The notes below the pieces were generated by a model. It saw only the letters and a list, made by a program, of their open reading frames with translations, searched no databases and was not told where the DNA came from. Shown in pieces: positions 9,809 to 19,794 of a stretch of 64,000 nucleotides of DNA; position 1 is the first letter of the stretch, and the number at the start of each line of letters is the position of its first letter. The position numbers and the translations under genes are program-made. The DNA lies in the IMG/VR virus record IMGVR_UViG_3300033074_001364, positions 5,465 to 69,464 of that record; one strand, 5' to 3'. The DNA is from a virus (taxonomy: Duplodnaviria > Caudoviricetes).

Positions 9809-10245
9809 CGGTACAGCGCAGCGATCGCGTCGCCGCCCTCGATCACGACGCCCTCGCCCTTGCTCTGGGACAGCGCGTACTTGAAGGCGCGTCGATCCGG
9901 TCGCCCTTCGTACAGGCGGCGCGTGCGCACGCCATCGCGCAGCTCGTCCACGACGACCGCACTCGCTGCGTACACGAGCGAATCGCTCGTCAACGCTTCG
10001 TAGCGTGGCGCGATGATCGCGACGCTCGCGAACGGTTCGTATTCGAGCGCCTGCGCATCGGTGGTCGGTTCAGAGTTATCCACATCGGGAGTATACTCTG
10101 TGGCTAGGCCAGTAGTCACGGCTGGGTCAGAAATAGGATCAGTTGTCGTGTCGGGGGACGATTCCTGTACCACTTCCTGACCACCAAAGTGGGCCGGTGG
10201 ATTTTCGGTTCTTCCAGCGGCGCGGAATTTCGGCTTACGCGGCAC
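9805..10245 (-). CDS. Hypothetical protein
   Basis: Coupled ORF containing an internal promoter motif. Confidence 0.55.
   Translation of the reverse strand: MPRKPKFRAAGRTENPPAHFGGQEVVQESSPDTTTDPISDPAVTTGLATEYTPDVDNSEPTTDAQALEYEPFASVAIIAPRYEALTSDSLVYAASAVVVDELRDGVRTRRLYEGRPDRRAFKYALSQSKGEGVVIEGGDAIAALYR
10090..10119 (-). promoter_or_regulatory. Intragenic phage promoter motif GTGACT-N18-TATACT
   Basis: Full motif match inside a CDS. Confidence 0.65.
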
Positions 10246-10741
10246 GGTCTTCCAATGCCTCCTCTAGCTGTGCTTGCAGATTGATGATGGTGCTCTCGTA
10301 TTCCTTGAGCTTCTCTACGAACCAGGACATGCGGATGAAGCACCACTCCTCGCTGTCGCCTTTCATGTGGAGGATGCCCACAGGATCCCGACCGAGCACC
10401 TTGGCTTCGGCGTCGAGCTTGTAGAGCACGGCAGCAGGGACTGTGATGGTCTTCTCGCCCTTGGCGTTCACCTTGTCCCATGACTTCACTTCGGCAGCCA
10501 ACTTCAGCCTGCCAATGTCGATGAGCAGATCGGCCAGCAACATCGGGTCAGTCTTTCCAAAGGCTCCGCTGCCAACCTGGCGCTTCACCTTCACGAGCGG
10601 GGGATCGTTGTACTTCTCGACCACGCGGGCCTCGAACCTTCTTCCCGCCTCTTTCGGCTTCTTGCCGCCGCGAGCAAGCCCACCAGCCTTGGACTTCTTC
10701 GGTGTCTTTGATGGCTTCGGCACGGGGTTGAAGTAGGTCAT
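10235..10741 (-). CDS. PD-(D/E)XK nuclease, Holliday junction resolvase-like
   Basis: GRRFE...SGA...ADL...AEVK pattern. Confidence 0.75.
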   Translation of the reverse strand: MTYFNPVPKPSKTPKKSKAGGLARGGKKPKEAGRRFEARVVEKYNDPPLVKVKRQVGSGAFGKTDPMLLADLLIDIGRLKLAAEVKSWDKVNAKGEKTITVPAAVLYKLDAEAKVLGRDPVGILHMKGDSEEWCFIRMSWFVEKLKEYESTIINLQAQLEEALEDRAA

Positions 10742-11469
10742 ACCACCACCAACCCAGTGTCGACGCGGTTGAACACCTGCGCCTCAACCTCATCCCACAG
10801 GGGCAGGGAGCGAACGAATTTCCAGCCCTTGGCACCGGCGACAAGGTTTGCGACAGTGAACAAGGTGTATCTGTTGTGATCTGCGAGGTTGGTCAGCCCC
10901 TCAGACTCCATCATTCTCAGCTTCCTTAGATAGTCCTCGAACACCTCTGCCAGCGTGCGCGTGTGTATGTACTGACCGAGCGGCCATATCCCCGGCATGA
11001 GGTTCTCGTGGCTGGCAGCTGAGTGGTGACGTGCCTCCCAGCCACCCTCAGTGCGGAACAGGCGAACGTGAGCGGGGTGTTCCACATACTTGACCCCCTC
11101 GATCCACTCCTCGCAGCGAATCATCGTGCCCGAGTAGCCACCCTTCTCCATCTGGCGGATGGCGTCAGGGATGCTGCGGAGGAGGGCTGCGTCCATCGTC
11201 TCGTCGCCGCTGATCACGAATGTCCAAGGCGTCTCAACGTGGCTGAGAGCAAGCGGCATCGAGAAGTCACCGCCACCACGCCACTCATCCTCGACCACCT
11301 TATGGTCGGGGCCGGTCAGGACACGACGAGCAATGTCAAGCGTCTCATCAGGTGACTCCTGCACCACAACCACGATGTTCTGGAAGTGGGCAGCGAGCAG
11401 ATCAAGCAGCGCCTCAATGCGATGCCCCTCCTTCCACACGACGCTCACGGCGGTGCAGTTGGTGATCAT
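10738..11469 (-). CDS. Glycosyltransferase family 2
   Basis: VVVVQESPDETL, WTFVISGDE (DxD-like), HVRLFR. Confidence 0.8.
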   Translation of the reverse strand: MITNCTAVSVVWKEGHRIEALLDLLAAHFQNIVVVVQESPDETLDIARRVLTGPDHKVVEDEWRGGGDFSMPLALSHVETPWTFVISGDETMDAALLRSIPDAIRQMEKGGYSGTMIRCEEWIEGVKYVEHPAHVRLFRTEGGWEARHHSAASHENLMPGIWPLGQYIHTRTLAEVFEDYLRKLRMMESEGLTNLADHNRYTLFTVANLVAGAKGWKFVRSLPLWDEVEAQVFNRVDTGLVVV

Positions 11470-11840
11470 GCCGGCACCCTGAAGACAGTGGGCTCTCTCA
11501 CGACACGCAAGCGCTGCTTAGGCATGTCCGCATCGAGCTTCAGCGCTGCCCCAGCAACACGCATCAGATCGGGGTAGCCAAGAGGCTGTCGTCCCTCGCG
11601 CATGGCGTTCTGAATGCGCATCTCATCGAAGGTGTCTGGGTGGATGACAAGCTTCCAGACGGTAGATGGCACCCATTGGTATCGAGCCTGGTTGCACAGT
11701 TTGAGGGCAACAGAGAGGAAGTCGTCTAGGTTGTCGATAAGGCGCTCCGACTCAAAGGCGTGAATGTCCACGACCACCATCGGCGGCGCCTGGATGTAGA
11801 CCTTCGGCAGGTAACGCCGAATGAACTCGGGCAGCCTCAT
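11466..11840 (-). CDS. Hypothetical protein
   Basis: Coupled ORF within the sugar cluster. Confidence 0.6.
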   Translation of the reverse strand: MRLPEFIRRYLPKVYIQAPPMVVVDIHAFESERLIDNLDDFLSVALKLCNQARYQWVPSTVWKLVIHPDTFDEMRIQNAMREGRQPLGYPDLMRVAGAALKLDADMPKQRLRVVREPTVFRVPA

Positions 11841-12667
11841 GCCCAGTCCTCGTACTTCCCGTCGACGGGGCGCGAGTAGAAGCGGATCCCGTAGCGACGC
11901 AACTGATCTTGGAGGCGCGCCGATGTGAGGGTGGCGGGGCCTGTGATGCTCTTGGTGTGAATGTTAAAGAACGTTCCCAAGCCAACGGACAACGACCCGT
12001 TCTCGTACTTGAAGATGCCCTCATCCACATCGTCTGGGTAGTCGTCACCAAACTGCTCCCAGAAGTTGTCGAGTGCATCGCCAGTGAGCGGCTTCGGGTA
12101 GACGTTCTCCGTGATGACCTTCGCAGGCACACCACCAGCAAGCGCGCCGGCTGGAATGTCCTTAGTGACGACCGAACCCACGGCGACTACAACGTTCGAT
12201 CCGATGGCGACGCCTGGATTCACGATCGCACCCGGCAACCACACGCAACTGCCAATCGAAACCGTAGCAAACGCTACGGGGAACCCATCGAGCGCCGAGA
12301 GGTAGGCACCGTGAGTGAATATCTTGGTGCCCATGCCGAGCCCCACTTCGTTGCCGATCTCCACCCGGCGAGCGGTGTTGATGAACGAGCCCTCGCCCAT
12401 GTGGAGGAAGTGCCCGGCCTTCAGGGATGACTGCCGCTCGAACCGCGACCCTCCACCGATCTTCGCGCCCTCGCCCATGTAGAGCTCTTGCCCAATCTCG
12501 ATGTCACGCCCCTCGATCACGCAGCCGGCTGCGATCTTGGCGCCCTCACCGATGACCAAACGTTCGGTTACGTTGATCCTTACCGAAGGATGTATCTGGG
12601 CAGAGGGGTGCAGGTCGGTGTTCGATGGGTAATTCAGCGTAGGCAGCGTCGTTCGAGACATCGGCAT
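11837..12667 (-). CDS. Hexapeptide-repeat (LbH) acyltransferase
   Basis: Hexapeptide repeats, [29 protein letters not shown]. Confidence 0.9.
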   Translation of the reverse strand: MPMSRTTLPTLNYPSNTDLHPSAQIHPSVRINVTERLVIGEGAKIAAGCVIEGRDIEIGQELYMGEGAKIGGGSRFERQSSLKAGHFLHMGEGSFINTARRVEIGNEVGLGMGTKIFTHGAYLSALDGFPVAFATVSIGSCVWLPGAIVNPGVAIGSNVVVAVGSVVTKDIPAGALAGGVPAKVITENVYPKPLTGDALDNFWEQFGDDYPDDVDEGIFKYENGSLSVGLGTFFNIHTKSITGPATLTSARLQDQLRRYGIRFYSRPVDGKYEDWA

Positions 12668-12670
12668 GGC

Positions 12671-12895
12671 TTAGTAATCCATCACATGTCCGGCCCAGCA
12701 GTGATCAAGCAGGCAGGCATCAATCGCATGGACAGATGCCAGCCCGGCGATTCCAGCACCCACCCCGATGAGGAAGTACGGATCGAACGGCAGTCCGGCT
12801 ACAACTATCGAGAGCATCGGAACGCTGAAGACGAAGATCATCAGCAGGAACATCCAGGCAGGCGACTCGGTGCGCCCGCACACTTCACACTTCAC
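12671..12895 (-). CDS. Small membrane protein
   Basis: Two hydrophobic segments, N-terminal CxxC. Confidence 0.6.
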   Translation of the reverse strand: MKCEVCGRTESPAWMFLLMIFVFSVPMLSIVVAGLPFDPYFLIGVGAGIAGLASVHAIDACLLDHCWAGHVMDY

Positions 12896-13488
12896 AGCAT
12901 CATCCTCACTGTCTCGAATGCTTCTGCACTTTCCACCCCCGCCTGCACTCCCCTGATGGAGAGAATGGAATCCAGCACTACAGCATCCATGTAGGTGCGG
13001 TGTGCCTGAGACTTGTAGACTTCACCCACCTTTCTCTTGGCATAGGCATCCTCGTAGCCGAGCTTCACGTAGGTGCTGGCATGGAAGGGCTCCATCACGG
13101 CGTTCTGGATGTGCTCGTACCCAAGCAGGGTGGTGTGCTTGAAGGCTCTGATGGCTTCGCTGTTGATGACCTGATGATCTTGGTGGCAGTCGGATGAGGC
13201 TGGCGCTAACACAAGGTCGTACTGGTCGCGTCGCCCCACCATCACTTCGAGGATGTCCTGCGAATGGTCGGCTAGATGACGGACGGGTAGGTCCAGCAGC
13301 AACCGATCCCTGATGCCGAGGATGTCCATGCTGCGGGCGTACTCATCGCGGAGTTGCTGGTTGCCGAGGTCACTGAAGGTGAGGGCTTCTACGTCTGCAC
13401 CTTCTCGGATGAGTCTGTGCAGGGTGCCGGCGCACGCGACTTCATCGTCGGGATGAGCACCGAGGAACAGAACCTTCTTGAAGTTCAT
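12892..13488 (-). CDS. PIG-L/LmbE family deacetylase
   Basis: GAHPDDE and HQDH motifs. Confidence 0.92.
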   Translation of the reverse strand: MNFKKVLFLGAHPDDEVACAGTLHRLIREGADVEALTFSDLGNQQLRDEYARSMDILGIRDRLLLDLPVRHLADHSQDILEVMVGRRDQYDLVLAPASSDCHQDHQVINSEAIRAFKHTTLLGYEHIQNAVMEPFHASTYVKLGYEDAYAKRKVGEVYKSQAHRTYMDAVVLDSILSIRGVQAGVESAEAFETVRMML

Positions 13489-14402
13489 CCCGCACCCTCG
13501 AAGGCACGCTGGTAGATGCCTTTCAGATGGTCAACGATTCGCTCTGGGTGGTGGTACGTCTGCGCGTGTTCGTAGCCTTCGATGGCCCACGCCTTGCGCT
13601 TGAACGGATCCGCCAGGATGCGTAGCGAATCCAAGATCGTTGACGGTGTGGTCTGCACGAACGGAATGAAGCCAAACCGCTTCTCCATCTGCTCCAAGGT
13701 CCAGTCGTCAGCGCCAGCAATCACGGGGATCCCCATGGCCCACGCTTCGACCGCGTTGTTGCCATAGCCGACGGTGGCTTGGTCGTAGAAGATGTCGGCG
13801 CGTGCCTTCTGCCGCAGGGTTTCCTCGTAGGTCTGCTTCTCGATCAAGATGAGCTCGCACTCCACTTCCTTGGAGAACTTCTCGAAGGCTTGGAGAAATT
13901 CCAAGGTGTGCTTCCGCCCACGATTGGTGGGGGAATGGCAGACGCGCAAGATGCCGTCGTTGGGATATTCGCGCTCGCGAATCTCCGCCAAAGCATCGAG
14001 GTCGCGGATGAAGGGTGCCCACTCCAACTCGTCAGGTGCGTAGCGCAACAGGTCGATGGTGGCGACCAGACCGATCGCCTTCTTCTCGCGTTGCACGCGC
14101 AACTTGCCCTCGGGATCCATGCGGAACCACGTCCCCGCATAGCGGACGACAAAGGGTCTATCTGGCACGCCGAGGTAGTCCTGCGCGTCGATGTCGTCCA
14201 TGACATGCACCACGTCGGCTTCACGCCAGTAGCGAGGAGCCTCCTCCCAAAGCACGTCGTAGGGATACTGGATGGTGTTGGAGAGCATCCGCGCCGAGTG
14301 GTAGGTCCAGTCGGGTGCATACTTGCGGAAGGCTTGGGTGACATGCCAGCCGTAGCCGCCGTAGTCGTGATGGCGAGAGGCCCAGAAGACATTGAGGCTC
14401 AC
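13485..14402 (-). CDS. Glycosyltransferase (GT4-like)
   Basis: HSPTNRGRK...ADIFYDQ...GYGNNAVEAWAMGIPVI. Confidence 0.85.
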   Translation of the reverse strand: MSLNVFWASRHHDYGGYGWHVTQAFRKYAPDWTYHSARMLSNTIQYPYDVLWEEAPRYWREADVVHVMDDIDAQDYLGVPDRPFVVRYAGTWFRMDPEGKLRVQREKKAIGLVATIDLLRYAPDELEWAPFIRDLDALAEIREREYPNDGILRVCHSPTNRGRKHTLEFLQAFEKFSKEVECELILIEKQTYEETLRQKARADIFYDQATVGYGNNAVEAWAMGIPVIAGADDWTLEQMEKRFGFIPFVQTTPSTILDSLRILADPFKRKAWAIEGYEHAQTYHHPERIVDHLKGIYQRAFEGAG

Positions 14403-15256
14403 AGGCGGTCCACCACGGCACGCCAGTCCCTGTTGAAGTCCATGCCGAGGACACGCAGCCATTTGTTGTCGAGGTCGAACTGATACACCTCACCAGGGCG
14501 CTCGTCTGCATACTCGATGGGGACGTCGTACTTGTCAGCGATGTACCGCGCCAACTCATTGATGCTGACGTTGATGGCGCTGGCGCAGGTGTACGTCTGG
14601 CCCTTGGAGAAGGGGTGCTCGGCAACCAGAAGGTTCGCTGCAACGACATCACGAACATCAGTGAAGGAACGCTCCTGCTCCCCCCTGCCATGCACAATCA
14701 GCGGCAGCCCTTCCTTCGCTCTCCTGACGAACACAGCAGCGACCCCACCAGTCGCATCAGCGTCGTTCTGGCGTGGCCCGATGACGTGGTAATAGCGCAG
14801 CACCGTGGTGTCCATGCCGTAGAGGTCGTGGTAGAGACGGACATAGGACTCGGCTGCGTACTTGCTGATGCCGTAGTGGGAGGTTGGGTTGAGGGCGCTG
14901 CCGGTGGAGGCGTAGATGAACTTGGGGACGCCTTGACCGCGTGCATGTTCGAGCAACATGAGGGTGCCCTTCGCGTTGACATGCAGGTCGCGGTACGGGT
15001 TCTCCTCAGAGTCCAGCTTCTTGGCTGCTGCTTGGTGGAAGATGACATCAACATCACCGTGGGCGAGCAGTGGGACGAGTGACCAGTAGTCGCCGTGGTA
15101 GAAGTGGAAGTCGCGATTGTCGGTAACGCCGGAGAGGTTCTCCATGCTGCCTGTCGAGAGGTCGTCGACCCCGACAACCTCGTGGCCCTGCGCCAGCAGC
15201 GCATCGACCAGGTGGGAACCGATGAAGCCGGCGCAGCCGGTCACGAGCGCCCTCAC
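14399..15256 (-). CDS. NAD-dependent epimerase/dehydratase (extended SDR)
   Basis: VTGCAGFIGS, YGISK (YxxxK), RSFTDVRD. Confidence 0.95.
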   Translation of the reverse strand: MRALVTGCAGFIGSHLVDALLAQGHEVVGVDDLSTGSMENLSGVTDNRDFHFYHGDYWSLVPLLAHGDVDVIFHQAAAKKLDSEENPYRDLHVNAKGTLMLLEHARGQGVPKFIYASTGSALNPTSHYGISKYAAESYVRLYHDLYGMDTTVLRYYHVIGPRQNDADATGGVAAVFVRRAKEGLPLIVHGRGEQERSFTDVRDVVAANLLVAEHPFSKGQTYTCASAINVSINELARYIADKYDVPIEYADERPGEVYQFDLDNKWLRVLGMDFNRDWRAVVDRL

Positions 15257-15600
15257 CGCGACAACCCCGCGTACTTCCGGCACATCGCCATGTGGTTGAG
15301 GCGTGCCGTGTTGTGGTCGTTGGCGATCTCGGTGTCGACCTCATCGAATGTGTCGGGGGTGCCAAGCCCCTCGCCGGATGTCCTGAAGACGAACGTTTCG
15401 AACAGGCGACCGCTGCCGATCGTCTCGAAGCGCGCGTATTCCAAGCCGTACTGAGCGCCATCCGCACGACCCGATTGCGGTCGGTACTCACCGACCGTCG
15501 AAACGATGTAGTCACCGACACGGGTGGCGAGATGGAACTCGCAGGTGACTCGTAGGTGGGCTTGGTGCCCATCCCAAATCCATTCGCTCTCAGGAATCAC
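15253..15600 (-). CDS. Hypothetical protein
   Basis: GTGA-coupled ORF. Confidence 0.6.
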   Translation of the reverse strand: MIPESEWIWDGHQAHLRVTCEFHLATRVGDYIVSTVGEYRPQSGRADGAQYGLEYARFETIGSGRLFETFVFRTSGEGLGTPDTFDEVDTEIANDHNTARLNHMAMCRKYAGLSR

Positions 15601-15818
15601 GCCGCAGCCTCCAGCCAGTTGTGCTTGCCACTGGAGCAGTCGAAGCAGCGGCTCTCTCCGCCTGTCTCCCACGCTGGAAACCAGCACGGACAAGCAGGGC
15701 AGTCGCAGAGAATCATCGTGGCGTCCTCGCTGTCGGCGGGCTCGTCATCGAACTCGCCGCGAGCGATGCGTCCGAGGCGCTCGGTGTACTCACGAGTCCA
15801 GGCTTTCGGCTGGCTCAC
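15597..15818 (-). CDS. Small Cys-rich protein
   Basis: Coupled ORF with CxxC motifs. Confidence 0.55.
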   Translation of the reverse strand: MSQPKAWTREYTERLGRIARGEFDDEPADSEDATMILCDCPACPCWFPAWETGGESRCFDCSSGKHNWLEAAA

Positions 15819-16042
15819 TTGTAGACCTTCGGCCACTTACGTGAGCGCTGGCCCGACTTCGATGGCGTTCCGTGGCGCCACGCCTTGGTGTACCCATGCT
15901 TCTTGTGGGTACAGGTGGCGTAGCTGTTGCAGGGCGAGTGGAACTCCTGCCCGCTGCGCGAGCGATTGCGGGCGTGCTTCGCCTGCTGTCGCTTGCGATG
16001 CTCGTCTGAGAGCTTGCCCTGATGGGTTCCTGGCTGACTCAT
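15815..16042 (-). CDS. Hypothetical basic protein
   Basis: Coupled ORF. Confidence 0.5.
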   Translation of the reverse strand: MSQPGTHQGKLSDEHRKRQQAKHARNRSRSGQEFHSPCNSYATCTHKKHGYTKAWRHGTPSKSGQRSRKWPKVYK

Positions 16043-16221
16043 TCGCAGTCATTCCCTGGCAGGACGATGGGATCAGGACGAGTAGCCTCCTGTGCGTGCT
16101 TGCAGCACAGATACGGATGAGCATTTGGATCACGCCCGGTGCAGCAGCCGCGCTCCCACTTGTGAGCAGTGGCCTTCTCGTCTCCGCACCAGAGGCGACC
16201 GTCAATACCGAGGTGCGTCAT
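16039..16221 (-). CDS. Small Cys-rich protein
   Basis: ATGA overlap with the dnaB stop. Confidence 0.5.
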   Translation of the reverse strand: MTHLGIDGRLWCGDEKATAHKWERGCCTGRDPNAHPYLCCKHAQEATRPDPIVLPGNDCE

Positions 16222-17528
16222 ATCGGCATCCGCATCGCAGGTGCATCGGTGAACAAGTAGCGGGGCGCATCGAAGGCGATCGGGATGTCGGCCAGCGGGC
16301 CGTTGCGCTGCTTGGCAACCTTCATCCGCACGTCGTTGTTCTCGCGCCACATCATCAGAACCACATCGGCGTCCTGCTCGATGTCGCCCGAACCACGCAG
16401 GTCGGACAACTGAGGCTCCGTGTCGCCACGGTGTTCGCTTTCGCGATTCAGCTGCGACACCAGCAGAACAGGGATGCTCATCTGCCGCGCGAGTTGCTTG
16501 AACGAATTGGTGATCCGGCCGATGCGGTCGACCTTGTTCTCACCGCGCGTGATCGGCTCGTTGTTGGCGATCAATTGCAGGTAGTCCACGACTATGAAGT
16601 CGAACGGCGCGCCCGACATCGCTGCGCGCTCGACAGCGTTTCGCACCACCATCGAGGTTGCAGCCGGCGCGTCGATCAAGGTGAGCGGCAACTTCGTACG
16701 CTCGGCAGCGAGCTCGTACAGGTGCCGCCACTGCTCGAAGGTCAGGCCGTGGATGAGGTCGCGACTGCTGACCCTGCCGCCTCGCGACAGCCAGCGTTCG
16801 AGAATCATCTCGGGGCTCATCTCGACAGAGAAGAAGCCCACCGAGAGTCCTGCCTTGGCGATGGACTCGCACAGGTTCTCAGCCATCGTTGACTTGCCGA
16901 CCGATGGTCTGGCTGCCAGCACCGTCAACTCGCCACGAGCAAAGCCGCCAGTGACGTGATCGAGGTTGCGCAGACCGGATGGGATCCCCCTCGCGGCGCC
17001 CCCCTGGCGCGCCTCGATGAGGTCCATGAGCAGGTGGCCTTGATCATCTGGCGTCAGGACGCGGGTGCCCTGACGCTGTGAGCCGATGGCTTCGAGGACG
17101 ATGGAGAGGACGTTATCCTCCGCCACGTCGGCGTCGACTTCCTCGTACGCGGTCGCTGAGATGCGCCCCGCAGCCTCGATCAACCTTCGCAGTCGCGCCT
17201 TGTCGTGAACGATCTTCGCGTAGTTCGTGGCGTGCAGCGAATGGGGGACCGAATTCATCAGCGTCGCGAGATACGCAACGCCACCGACCTGATTCAGCGT
17301 CTCGGTCTTGGTTAGCTCGTCGCCAACGCTGACGAGATCGACGGGCTCCCTGCGGTTGAACACGGCCATGATCGCCGAGTAGACGATGCCGTGCGATTCG
17401 CGGTAGAAGTCCTCCGCGGTCAACACGTCAGACACGCGCGGGATGGTCGCTGAGTCAATCAGCATTGAACCCAACACGCTCTGCTCTGCGTCGATCGACT
17501 GAGGGGACAGTCGGTTCAGTTCAGACAT
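16218..17528 (-). CDS. dnaB: Replicative DNA helicase
   Basis: AEQSVLG N-domain, AARPSVGKS Walker A, SVEMS, VVDYLQL, SQLNR, LRGSGDIEQDAD, KQRNG. Confidence 0.97.
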   Translation of the reverse strand: MSELNRLSPQSIDAEQSVLGSMLIDSATIPRVSDVLTAEDFYRESHGIVYSAIMAVFNRREPVDLVSVGDELTKTETLNQVGGVAYLATLMNSVPHSLHATNYAKIVHDKARLRRLIEAAGRISATAYEEVDADVAEDNVLSIVLEAIGSQRQGTRVLTPDDQGHLLMDLIEARQGGAARGIPSGLRNLDHVTGGFARGELTVLAARPSVGKSTMAENLCESIAKAGLSVGFFSVEMSPEMILERWLSRGGRVSSRDLIHGLTFEQWRHLYELAAERTKLPLTLIDAPAATSMVVRNAVERAAMSGAPFDFIVVDYLQLIANNEPITRGENKVDRIGRITNSFKQLARQMSIPVLLVSQLNRESEHRGDTEPQLSDLRGSGDIEQDADVVLMMWRENNDVRMKVAKQRNGPLADIPIAFDAPRYLFTDAPAMRMPI

Positions 17529-17536
17529 TCACGAGC

Positions 17537-17566
17537 AGTCTACCACGAGGCTAGGCTAGTAGTCAC
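17537..17566 (-). promoter_or_regulatory. Phage promoter motif GTGACT-N18-TAGACT
   Basis: Motif match 8 nt upstream of the dnaB ATG. Confidence 0.78.
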
Positions 17567-18432
17567 GCTGCCGATGGTTCAGGGATGTCATCGAGGGTGC
17601 GGAGTGGTCGAGGCTTCGGCTTGGCAATCTGGGTTGACTTCAATTTGCCCCACTGAGAGCGAATCACCGAGAGGTCGAATCCGTTCTTCACCCAATAGGG
17701 GTCAGCCTTGAAGACCTCGGCTGCTTGGCGTACCTCGTCAGCGGTGAAGCCATCCGCCAGCATCTCCTTCGCGTGCTTCAGTTGCACTCGGTAGCCAGGG
17801 AACTGCTTGTAGGTGATGCCGAGCACGTCGAGGTATGCCTGGAACAGTGCCCACGGCTTCTCACCTTCTTTGTCCTTGTCGTCACTCGTGTGGCGACGGG
17901 TACCGTTAGGTACCCTGTTTTCGATTGAGATTCCGATTGACAGGGACGACGGGGACCCCGTTGGGGACCCGACTGTCTCCCCACCACTGTGTTTCAGGAG
18001 CTCAGTGAGTGCCCTCTTACCGTGTCCCCGAACATCGTCGACCCAGCCTGGCATCGGGTCCCACCTCGAAGGCCAAGCATTGCGCATCCCGTTCTGGAAG
18101 TCCCACCACTTCGCGATTTGCAGCACCTTGGTGCCATTGGCTGAGTAGATGTAGATGAGGGGGAATCCGTCTCGGTCCTCAAGCCGCTTCATCCGCAACA
18201 GCGCTGCCTTCACGGTATCTGCATCGACCGCATCCTCTGGAAGGTGTCCCAGACAGGTTGACTGAATGGTGGAGATGCGCGCCTCCATGCGGCCCTGATC
18301 ATCGACACCGTGGAACAAGCTCCAGAAGATGAGCAGATGCATTGGGTTCTTCGCCAGAGCGCGCAGCTGCTCAGACTGAACGGATGATGGAAAGATCAGT
18401 CTTGGGGCTGGCCGCCCGTACGTGCGTCCCAA
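17563..18432 (-). CDS. Phage replication initiator/replisome organizer
   Basis: N-terminal LLIFWSL..GVDDQGR pattern; position upstream of dnaB. Confidence 0.7.
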   Translation of the reverse strand: MGRTYGRPAPRLIFPSSVQSEQLRALAKNPMHLLIFWSLFHGVDDQGRMEARISTIQSTCLGHLPEDAVDADTVKAALLRMKRLEDRDGFPLIYIYSANGTKVLQIAKWWDFQNGMRNAWPSRWDPMPGWVDDVRGHGKRALTELLKHSGGETVGSPTGSPSSLSIGISIENRVPNGTRRHTSDDKDKEGEKPWALFQAYLDVLGITYKQFPGYRVQLKHAKEMLADGFTADEVRQAAEVFKADPYWVKNGFDLSVIRSQWGKLKSTQIAKPKPRPLRTLDDIPEPSAA

Positions 18433-18971
18433 AGTGGCGCCTTCTCCTTTGCATCTACTAGAAATCCTTCACTGTCGAAGGAGACTTTCTTGAGCTCAGT
18501 GATCATCTGTTTCGCTTCTTCGTACTGCTTCAAGTGCCACTTGGTTGTCCATCTCGGACGGGCTGTGTTCTTGGTGTTCTGAAAGGCAATGGCTATACGA
18601 GCTTGATTGCTCTTGACCATCAGGTATGGCAGCATGAGCGATAGTGCTTCGGCGGCACGCTGCCCGGTAAGGCTCCATCGGTACTGAGTGCGATGTCCCG
18701 TTTGGCTGACCTTCGTGGCGATGGAGCCACCATAGGTATCTCTCATCAGCGTCAGCGGAGCAGGCGTGATCTGCGCCACTGTCATCGAAAGGTGCGTTCT
18801 ACTGCCTGAGCCGCCGATGCCGACATATCCCTCGCCGTCAAAGAACCCGGCGCAATAGGCATGTAGTGCCTCCTCCTGCGGGTCAGCAAGCGCAGTCCGC
18901 AGAACTGGTATCTCTAGCGTTGAGGGCCTTCCTTCCTTGGGGAATGAGGAAAGCGCAGGCGTGGGGCACAA
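18396..18971 (-). CDS. LAGLIDADG homing endonuclease (single motif)
   Basis: YCAGFFDGEG...VAQ...YRWSLTG...LPYLMVK..QA. Confidence 0.88.
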   Translation of the reverse strand: MCPTPALSSFPKEGRPSTLEIPVLRTALADPQEEALHAYCAGFFDGEGYVGIGGSGSRTHLSMTVAQITPAPLTLMRDTYGGSIATKVSQTGHRTQYRWSLTGQRAAEALSLMLPYLMVKSNQARIAIAFQNTKNTARPRWTTKWHLKQYEEAKQMITELKKVSFDSEGFLVDAKEKAPLWDARTGGQPQD

Positions 18972-18986
18972 TCACGCCTGCGCTTT
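18950..18986. repeat. Perfect 14-bp hairpin
   Basis: aaagcgcaggcgtg-N9-cacgcctgcgcttt. Confidence 0.9.
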
Positions 18987-19001
18987 GGGGTGGATACTTA
19001 G

Positions 19002-19220
19002 TTAGGCCGCGGCTGCGGCAGCTACGAGCGACTGCTCCTGCTGTAGCCGCTGAACGAGAGCGTCGAGCGAGTAGAAGTAGACGTGAGTGCTCCCGATCAG
19101 GATGTCGATACCCTCTCCATCATCGCGGGAATCAACGATGAAGGATGTGTGCTGATCCGAGTCCTCGTAGTCGGTCGAGTAGACCTCCGCTTCGATGCTG
19201 TGGTTGATCGGTTCAGGCAC
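19002..19220 (-). CDS. Hypothetical protein
   Basis: Coupled ORF. Confidence 0.6.
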   Translation of the reverse strand: MPEPINHSIEAEVYSTDYEDSDQHTSFIVDSRDDGEGIDILIGSTHVYFYSLDALVQRLQQEQSLVAAAAAA

Positions 19221-19794
19221 GACTGATCTCCTCGACCACCAAGTCGTACTTGTCCTGCCACGGCTTGTCGAAGTGCCCCTTGATGTTCACCATGTCCTTC
19301 TCCCTCAGCAGTTCCATGACCTTCCAGATGTCGGGGTCAAAGGACTTGGCATCGACGTACTGACCAGGAATGTCGGGATTGCCAATCCTGATACGCATCT
19401 GCGTCTTTCCCCCTGAGCCCTTCTTGACAGCGACCGAGTTGGTCTTCCTGTCGGCTAGGAACACGCGGCAGCCTTCGTATTCGACCTTCTCGAAAGGTAC
19501 GATCTCACCGGGTTGTGACACCTCGGATGTCGCCGCTGACGGGGCAGATTCGGGAGAAGAAGATGAGTCCGATTCCTGTGCCTGCGGAGGCGTCGTGGGT
19601 GCCTTCTGGAACGATGCCGTCGCTGCCTCGATGACGGCATCAACGTTGGTCTTCAGTGCTGCATAGGCGATGCTGTGCTCCCTCTGCCAGTCTTCAGTCT
19701 CGACCTCCAGCTCGACCATTCCGCCGATCTTCACGGACGAGTACGTCCCCGGCTCACTGACGGTTCGCTGGTAGGTTGCCTGGATGGTTGTCAA
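19213..19794 (-). CDS. Early protein, possible OB-fold C-terminus
   Basis: TTG start after AAGGA; first gene after the promoter at 19830-19859. Confidence 0.6.
   Translation of the reverse strand: MTTIQATYQRTVSEPGTYSSVKIGGMVELEVETEDWQREHSIAYAALKTNVDAVIEAATASFQKAPTTPPQAQESDSSSSPESAPSAATSEVSQPGEIVPFEKVEYEGCRVFLADRKTNSVAVKKGSGGKTQMRIRIGNPDIPGQYVDAKSFDPDIWKVMELLREKDMVNIKGHFDKPWQDKYDLVVEEISRA

Noticed and set aside
16218-17528. Intein in DnaB or terminase
   Set aside because: Normal lengths and no C...HN splice motifs
18396-18971. Group I intron around the LAGLIDADG ORF
   Set aside because: No upstream exon; the initiator N-terminus looks complete; no recognisable intron core
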